The translations under genes and the position numbers were made by a program. Below the pieces are notes generated by a model. That model saw only the letters and a program-made list of their open reading frames with translations. It was not told the DNA's origin and ran no database searches. 64,000 bases of DNA from an uncultured Clostridia bacterium (lineage in GTDB: Bacteria; Bacillota; Clostridia; Christensenellales; UBA1242): positions 90 through 64,089 of the forward strand of contig CALWTH010000015.1 in assembly GCA_944384405.1 (NCBI GenBank), read 5' to 3'. Numbering within the stretch: the first letter of the stretch is position 1; every line of letters starts with the position of its first letter. Below are positions 55,476 to 64,000 of the stretch, piece after piece.

Positions 55476-55512
55476 GAAAAGCAAGTTGTATCTTAAATAC
55501 TTGCTTTTTTTT
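55476..55512 (+). terminator. rho-independent terminator after rpmF
   Basis: GAAAAGCAAGT / ACTTGCTTTTT stem followed by a T-run. Confidence 0.6.
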
Positions 55513-55563
55513 ATTGATTATATTATGATATAATATGGTAAAATTTGCTTAGGGAGTTGCCTT

Positions 55564-56598
55564 ATGAAAATAGTTATTGATGCCTTTGGCGGTGACCATG
55601 CACCAAACTGCGTGATTGACGGCACAATTATGGCACTTAAAAAATTTGATGATATAGAAATCGTTTTAACAGGTGATGAAAATATTTTAAAAAACTTGTT
55701 AAAAACAAAAAAATATGACAGTTCACGACTCACAATTATTCATGCACCTGATGTGATTACAAACGACGATATTCCAACAGACGCAATAAAGCACAAGACC
55801 GAATCTTCACTTGTTGTCGCTTTTGATTATTTAAAAAACAATGATGACTGTGTTGCTTTAATCAGTGCAGGTTCAACAGGGGCAGTGCTTACAGGTGGCT
55901 TTTTGAAAATTGGCAGAATAAAAGGAGTTTCACGTCCAGCGCTTGCACCATTTTTCCCAACTGCAAAGGGCGGAATGGTATGTCTTATTGACTGTGGCGC
56001 AAATGTCGAGTGTAAACCACTAAATTTATGTCACTTTGCTTTGATGGGCTCACTTTATTATAAAATTATGTTTGGAGTGGAAAATCCAAAAGTTGCACTT
56101 TTGTCAAATGGTAGTGAAGAGAAAAAGGGTAACGAACTTTGCAAACAAACATATCCACTACTTAAACAACTTCCAATAAACTTTATTGGAAATGTCGAGG
56201 CGAGATATTTCATGACGGGTGATGTTGATGTCATGGTAACTGACGGATTTTCAGGGAATATACTTTTAAAGTCAGTTGAAGGTGCAGTCAAATTCACAAC
56301 CAAAGTTATGAAACAAGCTATGCTCAGCACTTTGATTAGTAAAATTGGAGCACTTTTTTGCAAACGAGCTCTTGGCAAGGTGAAAGATAAACTTGATTAT
56401 AACAAATACGGCGGTTCAATATTTATTGGTTGCAAAAAGACTATAATAAAATCTCATGGTTCAAGCAAAGATGTCACAATTTGTGCTGCCATTGAACAGG
56501 CAAGAAAATTGGAGATAAACAAAGTCAACGAACACATAAAAAACATGATTGAAAATATGCCAGAAATTAATTTAGAAATTGGAGAACATAATGATTAA
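55564..56598 (+). CDS. plsX: phosphate acyltransferase PlsX
   Basis: Starts MKIVIDAFGGDHAP. Typical PlsX length and pattern. Confidence 0.9.
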   Translation: MKIVIDAFGGDHAPNCVIDGTIMALKKFDDIEIVLTGDENILKNLLKTKKYDSSRLTIIHAPDVITNDDIPTDAIKHKTESSLVVAFDYLKNNDDCVALISAGSTGAVLTGGFLKIGRIKGVSRPALAPFFPTAKGGMVCLIDCGANVECKPLNLCHFALMGSLYYKIMFGVENPKVALLSNGSEEKKGNELCKQTYPLLKQLPINFIGNVEARYFMTGDVDVMVTDGFSGNILLKSVEGAVKFTTKVMKQAMLSTLISKIGALFCKRALGKVKDKLDYNKYGGSIFIGCKKTIIKSHGSSKDVTICAAIEQARKLEINKVNEHIKNMIENMPEINLEIGEHND

Positions 56599-57217
56599 AT
56601 TAAAAAACTATGTTTTTCATGATGAAAATCTTTTTCATAAGGCATTGACTCATTCATCTTATGGCTTAGATAATTATGAGCGACTTGAATTTTTAGGAGA
56701 TAGCATACTAGACTTTTTGATTGCAAAATATTATTTTCAAGATAAGTCATACGACGAGGGCGAACTGTCGAGAATGAGAGCACACACTGTATCAATGGAA
56801 AACTTGTGTCAAGTGTTTGACGGACTTGAAGTTGGTGAGTATGTTAAACTTGGAAAAAGTTGTAAAAGTTTAACTGATTCAATCAAATGTGATATGTTTG
56901 AAGCACTTGTTGCGGCGATATATCTTGATTCAAACTTAGATGAGTGCGAAAAGTTTGTTTTAAGTAACATTTTTTTGGACAATGAAGAAAATCTTGAACT
57001 TTTGGACAGTAAATCTAAATTACAAGAATACGCACAAAAATATAATTTAACTGTAAATTATGAATTAATAGATCAAACAGGTCAATCACATAACCCAACT
57101 TTCACAATTCGTGCAGTTATGGGTGAATATAGTGCCACTGCAAAAAGCAGTAGCAAGCAAATTGCCGAAAAACAATGTGCACAAATGATACTGGATAAAA
57201 TCGAGGAGAAACAATGA
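56591..57217 (+). CDS. rnc: ribonuclease III
   Basis: ERLEFLGDSILDF signature and a C-terminal dsRBD. The ATG at 56591 overlaps the plsX stop. Confidence 0.9.
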   Translation: MIKLKNYVFHDENLFHKALTHSSYGLDNYERLEFLGDSILDFLIAKYYFQDKSYDEGELSRMRAHTVSMENLCQVFDGLEVGEYVKLGKSCKSLTDSIKCDMFEALVAAIYLDSNLDECEKFVLSNIFLDNEENLELLDSKSKLQEYAQKYNLTVNYELIDQTGQSHNPTFTIRAVMGEYSATAKSSSKQIAEKQCAQMILDKIEEKQ

Positions 57218-60200
57218 ATTTTAAACAAATTGAACTAGCAGGATTCAAGTCGTTTGCAGATAAAACTGTCATTAAGTTTGATTCAGGAATAACGGCTATT
57301 GTTGGACCAAACGGCTGTGGAAAAAGCAATGTCAGTGATGCAATAAGGTGGGTTCTTGGTGAACAAAGCAGTAAACTTCTTCGTGGTTCATCTATGCAAG
57401 ATGTTATTTTTAACGGAACAGAAAAGCGTAAAAGTTTGTCTTATTGCGAAGTTACACTCATATTTAACAACACAGATAGATATTTTAACTATGACAATGA
57501 CGAAGTTGCAATAACTCGTAAACTATACCGCAGTGGCGAAAGTGCATACCTTATCAACAGAACGCCAGTTAGATTAAAAGATATAACAAATCTTTTGTAT
57601 GACTCTGGTATTGGTAAAGACGGCTATTCTATAATTGGTCAGGGTAAAGTTGATGAAATAATCTCCTCAAAGCCAGAAGATAGGCGTGCTATTTTTGAAG
57701 ATGCGGCAGGTATTTCGAAGTTTAAGTCAAGAAAAGTAGACGCAGAGCGAAAACTTGCACGTACTCGTGACAATCTTTCACGTGCAGGTGATATTCTTGC
57801 TGAACTTGAAAGACAGATGGGACCACTTAAAAAACAGGCAGAAAATGCTAAAATTTGGCTTGGACTTAAAGATAGATTAAAAGACCTTGAAGTCAATACA
57901 TATGTTTATAGTTACAATAACGCCAACACAACAAAACAACAGATAAACACAAAACTTAGTGCCATTGAAGAAGAACTTATTCAAAGGCAAGAAGAACTTT
58001 CTGATTGCACAAAGCAATACGATAGGCACACAGAAGAAGTAAATAACATTGACCAAGAGATAAACGCAAGCCATGAATCTATATTACATTTGACAGTTGA
58101 ACTTGAAAAGCAGTCAGGTGAGGCAAATGTCATTCGTGAGCGTATTTCAAACCTTAACGAAACAAAGGCAAAAATTGGAATTGACCTATTGAATAGCACA
58201 AACACAATTCAAAAAGATAGTGCAGAACTCAAATTCAAAAAAGATAAGTATGATGAAGTTGTGGAAAGTTTGCAAAAACTTAACGCATCATATGATGAAT
58301 TATCAAATGACTACTTAAAAATTGTTGATGAACTTAGTTTGCATGAGGACCAAACGCAAGATTCACAACAAAAAATGATTGATGCTTTGGATAGATTAAC
58401 AGATATTAAAGCAAATTTCAGCAAGTACAAAGCTGAAAGAGATATGCTAAAACAAAACCTTGAAGAATTGACTTCAAAACTTGAAGAAATTGAAAAAAGT
58501 GTTACCGAAAAGACAAAGGCTAAAAAAGAAGTTGAAGATGAAGTTGAAAAGTTAAAGCAAAAGCAAGATGAGGCAGTTTTAAACTTAAATAATGCAAGAA
58601 AAAAACAAGAACAATTAAGACAAGATATTCAAACATTGCAAGAAGAGCGTTATCGTGAAAGTTCAAAGTTGCAAGTTTATGAAAACCGCAAAACTCTTTT
58701 GGAAGAAATGCAAAAAGAATATGACGGATATTCATATGCAGTTAAAAAATTGTTGAAAGAGAGCGAAAAAAATTCGCAGGTTAGAGCAAAGATGGTTGGC
58801 GTTTTAGCATCACTTATCAAAGTGCCAGAAAAGTATGAAACTGCTATTGAAATTGCACTTGGAAGCGCTGTTCAAAATATTGTTACATTTGATGAGCAAA
58901 ACGCAAAAGACCTTATCAATTTCTTAAAGTATAATGAGTTTGGTCGTGCAACATTTTTACCTATTACAAAACTTAGACCAAGAGCAATAGCGCAGGAAGA
59001 TGCAAAAGCACTAACATATGCAGGTTGTTTTGGACTTGCTAGCGACCTAATTCAATACGATGACAATATTAAAAATGTTATTTCAAACCTTCTTGGAACA
59101 ACAATTATTGTGGACAATCTTGACACTGCAATTTCTATTTCTAATAAGACAAAACTTTCATATAAAATTGTGACGTTAGACGGAGATGTCATCAATCCAC
59201 AAGGTTCAATGACTGGTGGTTCAAAAAAGCACGAAGTTGCAAACCTTATTAGTCGTGACCGTGAAATAAAGACGCTAACTCAAGAACTTGACAAACTTAA
59301 AAAAGATTTGGAACTCAAAACACAAAACATAACATCTTCTCAAAAACAATACGAACAATTAAAATTTGAAATAAATAAACTTTTTGAAGTTAAAAATTCA
59401 ACAGAGATTGGTTATGCTAAAGAAAATGAAAAACTTGCATCATTCACGTCAATATTAAATGACGAGATTGAAGAGCAAACAAGTTTAAAAAATCAGCACA
59501 ACGCAACAGCAATTAGGATTGAAACACTAACCAAAGAACTTGAAAGTATTGATGAACTTGAAAGCACTGCAATGCAAAATAGGTCATCGGCAAACAAGTT
59601 CATTGAAGAAAGACAGGCAAAATATCAAGAGTTAAGCAAAAAAAGAGACGAAATTAACGAAAATATGACAAAAGTCAAAGTCGAAATTGCATCAAGAGAA
59701 GCACAAAAGACATCATATGAACAGGATTTTGACCGTTTAAATGAAGAAATTAGAGTCAATAATGCACTTAAAGTCAACTATCAAAATGACATTGACAAAC
59801 TGGACAAGACAATATATGAAGCTGAAAATATCATAAAAGCCCAAATTGAAACAGAGGCGAATCAAGAGGCAAAGAACAAACTTGCTACTCTTCGTGCCGA
59901 AATGCAGAATTTTGAATCAAAAAAGCAACAATTACAGACTGAAATACAAAAATTAAACGACAAAAAGATGAAAGTTATGGACGATATCACAAAACTTAGT
60001 GATAGGCGTACAAATGCACAACATCAACTTGAAAAAGTTGATACTGAAATCGAGCAAATGCAAGAGCGTATTTATGAAGAATATTCTCTCACATATGCGT
60101 CATGTCAACAATTTGTTCGTCAAGATTTTGATATTGATAAAGCAATGCCTGAAATTGCCGAGGTTAAGCGTGATATTTCAAAACTAGGATATGTAAACGT

Positions 60201-60807
60201 TCATGCTATTGAAGATATTAAACTCATATCAGAGCGTTATGACGGATTAAAAGAACAAGCTGATGACCTTGAAAAAGCAGAACAAAATCTTTTGCAGGTG
60301 ATTGAAGAGTTGTCGGCAGAGATGACTCAGAGATTCAAAACTGAATTTGACAAAATTAATGAGCACTTCAAAACAACATTCCGTGAATTGTTTGGTGGTG
60401 GAAATGCAAGGCTGGAACTTACTGATCCAGGCAATCTTTTGGAGTCTGGTGTCGATATTGTTGCAGAGCCACCAGGCAAAAAACTACAAAATATAACACT
60501 TTTGTCAGGTGGAGAAAAGGCACTCACTGCAATTGCAATATTGTTTGCAATTCTTAAACTTAGACCAATGCCATTTTGTCTTCTTGACGAAATTGAAGCA
60601 GCACTTGATGATTCAAATGTTGGAAGATTTGCTGAATATCTTAGAAGATTTAGTAAAATCACACAGTTTATTGTCATTACACACAGAAAGCCAACGATGG
60701 AACTTGCTGACTGTTTGTATGGTGTCACAATGGAAGAAAAAGGTGTTTCAAAGATGGTTAGCGTTCAACTTGCTGATGCACTTAAAAATGTTGAGGAGAA
60801 TAAATAA
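57214..60807 (+). CDS. smc: chromosome partition protein Smc
   Basis: 1197 aa with Walker A GPNGCGKSN, long coiled coils, a hinge, LSGGEKALTAIA and LLDEIEAALD. Confidence 0.95.
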   Translation: MNFKQIELAGFKSFADKTVIKFDSGITAIVGPNGCGKSNVSDAIRWVLGEQSSKLLRGSSMQDVIFNGTEKRKSLSYCEVTLIFNNTDRYFNYDNDEVAITRKLYRSGESAYLINRTPVRLKDITNLLYDSGIGKDGYSIIGQGKVDEIISSKPEDRRAIFEDAAGISKFKSRKVDAERKLARTRDNLSRAGDILAELERQMGPLKKQAENAKIWLGLKDRLKDLEVNTYVYSYNNANTTKQQINTKLSAIEEELIQRQEELSDCTKQYDRHTEEVNNIDQEINASHESILHLTVELEKQSGEANVIRERISNLNETKAKIGIDLLNSTNTIQKDSAELKFKKDKYDEVVESLQKLNASYDELSNDYLKIVDELSLHEDQTQDSQQKMIDALDRLTDIKANFSKYKAERDMLKQNLEELTSKLEEIEKSVTEKTKAKKEVEDEVEKLKQKQDEAVLNLNNARKKQEQLRQDIQTLQEERYRESSKLQVYENRKTLLEEMQKEYDGYSYAVKKLLKESEKNSQVRAKMVGVLASLIKVPEKYETAIEIALGSAVQNIVTFDEQNAKDLINFLKYNEFGRATFLPITKLRPRAIAQEDAKALTYAGCFGLASDLIQYDDNIKNVISNLLGTTIIVDNLDTAISISNKTKLSYKIVTLDGDVINPQGSMTGGSKKHEVANLISRDREIKTLTQELDKLKKDLELKTQNITSSQKQYEQLKFEINKLFEVKNSTEIGYAKENEKLASFTSILNDEIEEQTSLKNQHNATAIRIETLTKELESIDELESTAMQNRSSANKFIEERQAKYQELSKKRDEINENMTKVKVEIASREAQKTSYEQDFDRLNEEIRVNNALKVNYQNDIDKLDKTIYEAENIIKAQIETEANQEAKNKLATLRAEMQNFESKKQQLQTEIQKLNDKKMKVMDDITKLSDRRTNAQHQLEKVDTEIEQMQERIYEEYSLTYASCQQFVRQDFDIDKAMPEIAEVKRDISKLGYVNVHAIEDIKLISERYDGLKEQADDLEKAEQNLLQVIEELSAEMTQRFKTEFDKINEHFKTTFRELFGGGNARLELTDPGNLLESGVDIVAEPPGKKLQNITLLSGGEKALTAIAILFAILKLRPMPFCLLDEIEAALDDSNVGRFAEYLRRFSKITQFIVITHRKPTMELADCLYGVTMEEKGVSKMVSVQLADALKNVEENK

Positions 60808-61703
60808 TGGGACTTTTTAAAAAAATATCAGAGGCTTTAAAAAAGACAAAGGAAGCGTTCGCTCGCAAACTTGACGCTTTGCTTTCCGGCGGTGAACTAA
60901 ATGATGAGTTTTATGAAGAACTAACTGACATATTAATTTCATCTGATGTTGGCTTTGAATGTAGTGAAAAAATTGTTGATAGACTTCGCTTATATGCAAG
61001 AAAAAACAAGATAAGAACATCTGCAGAAGTCAAAAACGCCTTAAAGACAATACTTGTTGAAATTATGCAACAATTACCAACAGTTGAAATAAAATATCCT
61101 GCAATAATAACAATTGTTGGTGTCAATGGGGTTGGAAAGACCACAACAATAGGCAAATTAGCAAAATTTTTCAAAAGTCAAAAAAAAGAAGTCACTTTGG
61201 TTGCAGGCGACACGTTTCGTGCCGCTGCGAGCGACCAACTCACCGAATGGGCGAATAGAAATAAAGTGCGAATAGTCAAACACGCAGAGGGAACAGATGC
61301 TGCAGCAGTTGTTTTTGATGGTGTTTCAAGTGCAAAAGCCAAAAATACTGATGTTCTCATCATTGACACTGCGGGCAGACTTCAAACAAAAACCAATTTA
61401 ATGGAAGAACTTAAAAAAATTGATAAGGTTATTGATAAAGAGTATAGTGAGGCAAATAAATACACATTCATTGTCCTTGACGCAACAACAGGGCAAAACG
61501 CACTTAGCCAAATTAAACACTTTGATGAATATGTTAAAATTGATGGAATAATTTTAACAAAACTTGACGGAACGGCAAAAGGTGGAGTTGTGTTTGCTAT
61601 TGCAGACGAACTTGAACTTCCTGTTGTTTTTGTCGGAACAGGTGAAACTATTGACGACATTGATGTATTCGATGCAAAAGAGTTTGTTGAAAACATTATT
61701 TAA
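60807..61703 (+). CDS. ftsY: signal recognition particle receptor FtsY (short form, NG domain only)
   Basis: GVNGVGKTTTIGKLA, DTAGR and TKLDGTAKGG motifs. Confidence 0.95.
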   Translation: MGLFKKISEALKKTKEAFARKLDALLSGGELNDEFYEELTDILISSDVGFECSEKIVDRLRLYARKNKIRTSAEVKNALKTILVEIMQQLPTVEIKYPAIITIVGVNGVGKTTTIGKLAKFFKSQKKEVTLVAGDTFRAAASDQLTEWANRNKVRIVKHAEGTDAAAVVFDGVSSAKAKNTDVLIIDTAGRLQTKTNLMEELKKIDKVIDKEYSEANKYTFIVLDATTGQNALSQIKHFDEYVKIDGIILTKLDGTAKGGVVFAIADELELPVVFVGTGETIDDIDVFDAKEFVENII

Positions 61704-61714
61704 TATCAAATTTT

Positions 61715-61745
61715 ACACACTGATTTGTTCAGTGTGTATTTTTTA
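61715..61745 (+). terminator. rho-independent terminator after ftsY
   Basis: ACACACTGA-TTTGT-TCAGTGTGT followed by ATTTTTT. Confidence 0.7.
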
Positions 61746-61750
61746 TGATT

Positions 61751-61790
61751 TTCGACATCATTCGACACATTTCGACACCGTTCGACACGG
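61751..61790 (+). repeat. four tandem 10-bp repeats TTCGACAYNN
   Basis: TTCGACATCA TTCGACACAT TTCGACACCG TTCGACACGG, read directly. A fifth TTCGACA lies at 61993..61999. Confidence 0.9.
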
Positions 61791-61801
61791 TAAGGAAAGG
61801 T

Positions 61802-62004
61802 GGTGTCATTCTGAGATACCAGTGCAGTTTTTGCCCAATGTCATTCTGAGCCGAAGGCGAAGAATCTCCAAGAGCAAGAGATGCTTCCTCTCCGTCAGGT
61901 AGGCAAAGGTCAGCATGACAAAAGGGTGTCATTCTGACCATATTTATTGTCATTTCGAGCGTAGCGAGAAATCTTATAGATGTCTCACTTCATTCGACAT
62001 GACA
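61802..62004 (+). repeat. cluster of TGTCATTCTGAG-type repeats forming imperfect hairpins
   Basis: Motif copies at 61804, 61839, 61927 and 61948. Hairpins at 61859..61887, 61908..61939, 61966..61986 and 61948..62004. Confidence 0.7.
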
Positions 62005-62030
62005 TGAGAGAGTGCTATAAAAAAATGGTA

Positions 62031-62054
62031 CATCTAATTTATTATTAGGTGTAC
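62031..62054 (+). repeat. left arm of a perfect 24-bp inverted repeat
   Basis: CATCTAATTTATTATTAGGTGTAC, exact reverse complement of 62155..62178. It is also part of a local A5-hairpin-T5 terminator-like palindrome (62021..62060). Confidence 0.9.
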
Positions 62055-62110
62055 CATTTTTGTAAATATTATGTATATATTTTGTCTAATCACTAAAAGA
62101 ATATCACCTT

Positions 62111-62140
62111 TTGACCTGTTTTCAAAATAAATTTAATAAT
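62111..62140 (+). promoter_or_regulatory. putative promoter inside the IR-flanked segment, facing the LRR gene
   Basis: TTGACC (62111..62116), 18 nt, AATAAT (62135..62140); alternatively a 17-nt spacer to TAATAA. Confidence 0.35.
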
Positions 62141-62154
62141 TTTTTTTTAAAGAA

Positions 62155-62178
62155 GTACACCTAATAATAAATTAGATG
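62155..62178 (+). repeat. right arm of the perfect 24-bp inverted repeat
   Basis: GTACACCTAATAATAAATTAGATG, 31 nt upstream of the LRR gene ATG. Confidence 0.9.
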
Positions 62179-62208
62179 GTCCGGGGAAATGGGAAAAGGA
62201 GAAAAAGT

Positions 62209-64000
62209 ATGAACAGAAAGTCTAAGTTATTCTTTAGTTTAGTATCGTTATGTTTTAGTATAGCAGTACTATGTTTTGGAGTATACAGTGCACTAAGTGT
62301 AAGTTACTCCATAAGTGGTAGTGTAAGTTATGAAATAAACGATGTGTTTGTTGAACTAGATTTAAGTGTGTATAGAGCATTATCTACAACACCAGTTAAT
62401 AGTACAACACATAATCAAAACGTAAGCACAATAAAGGATGCAGGAGATAATATCTCCGAAACAGACTTTGGCAAACTATCATACACCGATCATGAATCCA
62501 CATACGAGGATGAAGTAGTAACAAAGCCAGGACAAAAGTGGAGTGCTTCATCACCAGACTTAGACCTAACATACGGCTCACCAACAAACGACAATCAAGG
62601 TTATGCATTTTATATAGTAATAGATATACATAACCTAGGCAGTGAGATAATAAACGCACAAATAACAGCACCAACATCACTAGAAAACACCATTTTGCGT
62701 GACTCAGGCAATATCGAAATAGCAGCAGACGGCACAGAGCGAATAGTCCTAGGTTTAGCCCTAGACGATGTAACAACAGGTATAAAAAGTGCCGGCTTTA
62801 CCTACACAATAACAATCTCTCGTGGTGAATTGCCAATAGAAGAAATAACAGATATGGTTTTTTCTGTTGATGAAGGGACCGCTACGCTAAGATCTTACGG
62901 TGGATCAGGCGGAGATGTTGTTATACCAGAGACAATAGGATATGATATAGTTTCTTCAAGGACTTTGATATTTGGAACAATGGAAGATACAGAATCTGAA
63001 ATGAATGCGATTTATTTTTATCAAGATTTAAATATAAAACTTCCAAATCAGAAAACACAACTTATTGAAAATCCACTATTATGGCGCAATGAAAATGCGG
63101 AGGCCATGGAAGCAACACCACAAAATTATTTTCCAATGACTATACAAACTGTAGATAGTTATACAATTGATCAAGAAGATTATACTTCATATGCTACATT
63201 AGATCAAGATGCGGCTATGATGGCTACTATTATGCCAATACAAATGATAATTGGAGGTTTATTATATAATTCAGTAGATGTACAATATGGTCCAGAAAAA
63301 CAATCTTTTACTTTTAATATGGAAAACTATAATGCTGCCATAACAGGTGTCGAAAGTCCAACAAGTACAGCAATACTAGACTTTATACCAAAAGCATACT
63401 CTGTTCCCGAGTCGTTATTGCCAGTAACCTATAGCAATTTTGGATATAATGTAGCTGTAAAAGGGAATGAATATTCTGTGACAAGTATAGGAGATGGAGC
63501 CTTCCGTGATTGCGATGCATTAACCAGTATAGAGATCCCAAGCGGTGTGAAAAGTATAGGAGAATATGCCTTCTTTTCTTGCTCCAACTTAACCAGTATA
63601 GAGATCCCAAGCGGTGTGACAAGTATAGGAGAAGAGGCCTTCGGTAATTGCTCTGCACTAGAAACAGTAACCTTTGGAGCAAACTCACAACTAGAAAGTA
63701 TAGGATATATGACCTTCTATTATTGCTCCAACTTAACCAGTATAACCATCCCAAGCAGTGTGACAAGTATAGGAGAAGAGGCCTTCTGGAATTGTTACGC
63801 ATTAGCGGAAATATACAACTATTCAACACATATACCAGAAGTTACAATAGGAAATTCAAGTTCAAGTACAAATGGTTATTTGGGGCAATATGCCAAAGAA
63901 GTATATAACCCAAGTGATTTAACAGGAGGTAAACCAGTAACAAGGATACAACCAATAGGTAATGTTCAATACTATATAGATGGAGAAGATTTTATAGCAT
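62209..64000 (+). CDS. BspA-type LRR surface protein, paralog of 24031..29007 (5' part; runs off the window)
   Basis: Not in the ORF track because it has no stop in the window. My translation is open for 597 codons: MNRKSKLFFSLVSLCFSIAVLCFGVYSALSVSYSISGSVSYEIN..., with LRR units IEIPSGVTSIGEEAF from about 63480. AAAGGAG RBS. Confidence 0.8.
   Translation, partial: MNRKSKLFFSLVSLCFSIAVLCFGVYSALSVSYSISGSVSYEINDVFVELDLSVYRALSTTPVNSTTHNQNVSTIKDAGDNISETDFGKLSYTDHESTYEDEVVTKPGQKWSASSPDLDLTYGSPTNDNQGYAFYIVIDIHNLGSEIINAQITAPTSLENTILRDSGNIEIAADGTERIVLGLALDDVTTGIKSAGFTYTITISRGELPIEEITDMVFSVDEGTATLRSYGGSGGDVVIPETIGYDIVSSRTLIFGTMEDTESEMNAIYFYQDLNIKLPNQKTQLIENPLLWRNENAEAMEATPQNYFPMTIQTVDSYTIDQEDYTSYATLDQDAAMMATIMPIQMIIGGLLYNSVDVQYGPEKQSFTFNMENYNAAITGVESPTSTAILDFIPKAYSVPESLLPVTYSNFGYNVAVKGNEYSVTSIGDGAFRDCDALTSIEIPSGVKSIGEYAFFSCSNLTSIEIPSGVTSIGEEAFGNCSALETVTFGANSQLESIGYMTFYYCSNLTSITIPSSVTSIGEEAFWNCYALAEIYNYSTHIPEVTIGNSSSSTNGYLGQYAKEVYNPSDLTGGKPVTRIQPIGNVQYYIDGEDFIA

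Noticed and set aside
61564-61953. ORFs 61564..61902 (+) and 61729..61953 (-)
   Set aside because: They run across the ftsY 3' end, its terminator and the repeat/hairpin field. They have no RBS, and their sequences are translated repeats (VILS...-type).
62396-63908. ORFs 62396..62776 (-), 63383..63829 (-) and 63648..63908 (+)
   Set aside because: They are antisense or out of frame within the long open LRR gene that starts at 62209. Leu/Arg/Tyr-rich low-complexity translations are typical of the wrong frame of repeat DNA.

Overview
AT-rich (roughly one-third G+C by eye), standard-code chromosome segment from a low-GC Gram-positive-type (Bacillota-like) bacterium; I cannot name the species. 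It holds about 60 genes. The backbone is housekeeping: rnr, a secG-like gene, metG, an rlmD-like gene, tcdA, ttcA, trpS, tRNA-Leu(CAA), mcsA-mcsB-clpC (no ctsR), a dcw cluster split in two (murE-mraY-murD-ftsW ... murA-ftsQ-ftsA-ftsZ), pta-ackA, rpmF-plsX-rnc-smc-ftsY and four ABC transporter modules. Five pieces of accessory content stand out. (1) Three BspA-type leucine-rich-repeat (LRR) protein genes each sit next to a different candidate variation device: a G16 tract in a promoter spacer (23942..23957); a perfect 24-bp inverted-repeat pair flanking a 100-bp promoter-bearing segment (62031..62178); and a 2.7-kb cassette inserted at the 3' end of ftsW, bracketed by a duplicated ftsW tail. 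(2) A very AT-rich three-gene island (XRE-HTH protein, GNAT::ADP-ribosylglycohydrolase fusion, mTERF-like repeat protein) lies between trpS and a tRNA-Leu gene that carries rearrangement scars. (3) A class-I Fic protein is preceded by a 58-codon VbhA-type antitoxin ORF that is absent from the ORF track. (4) An orphan consensus promoter drives a ~60-nt structured RNA upstream of murA. (5) A ~450-nt non-coding repeat/hairpin field follows ftsY. All functional calls come from motif recognition by eye; no database search or folding program was run.
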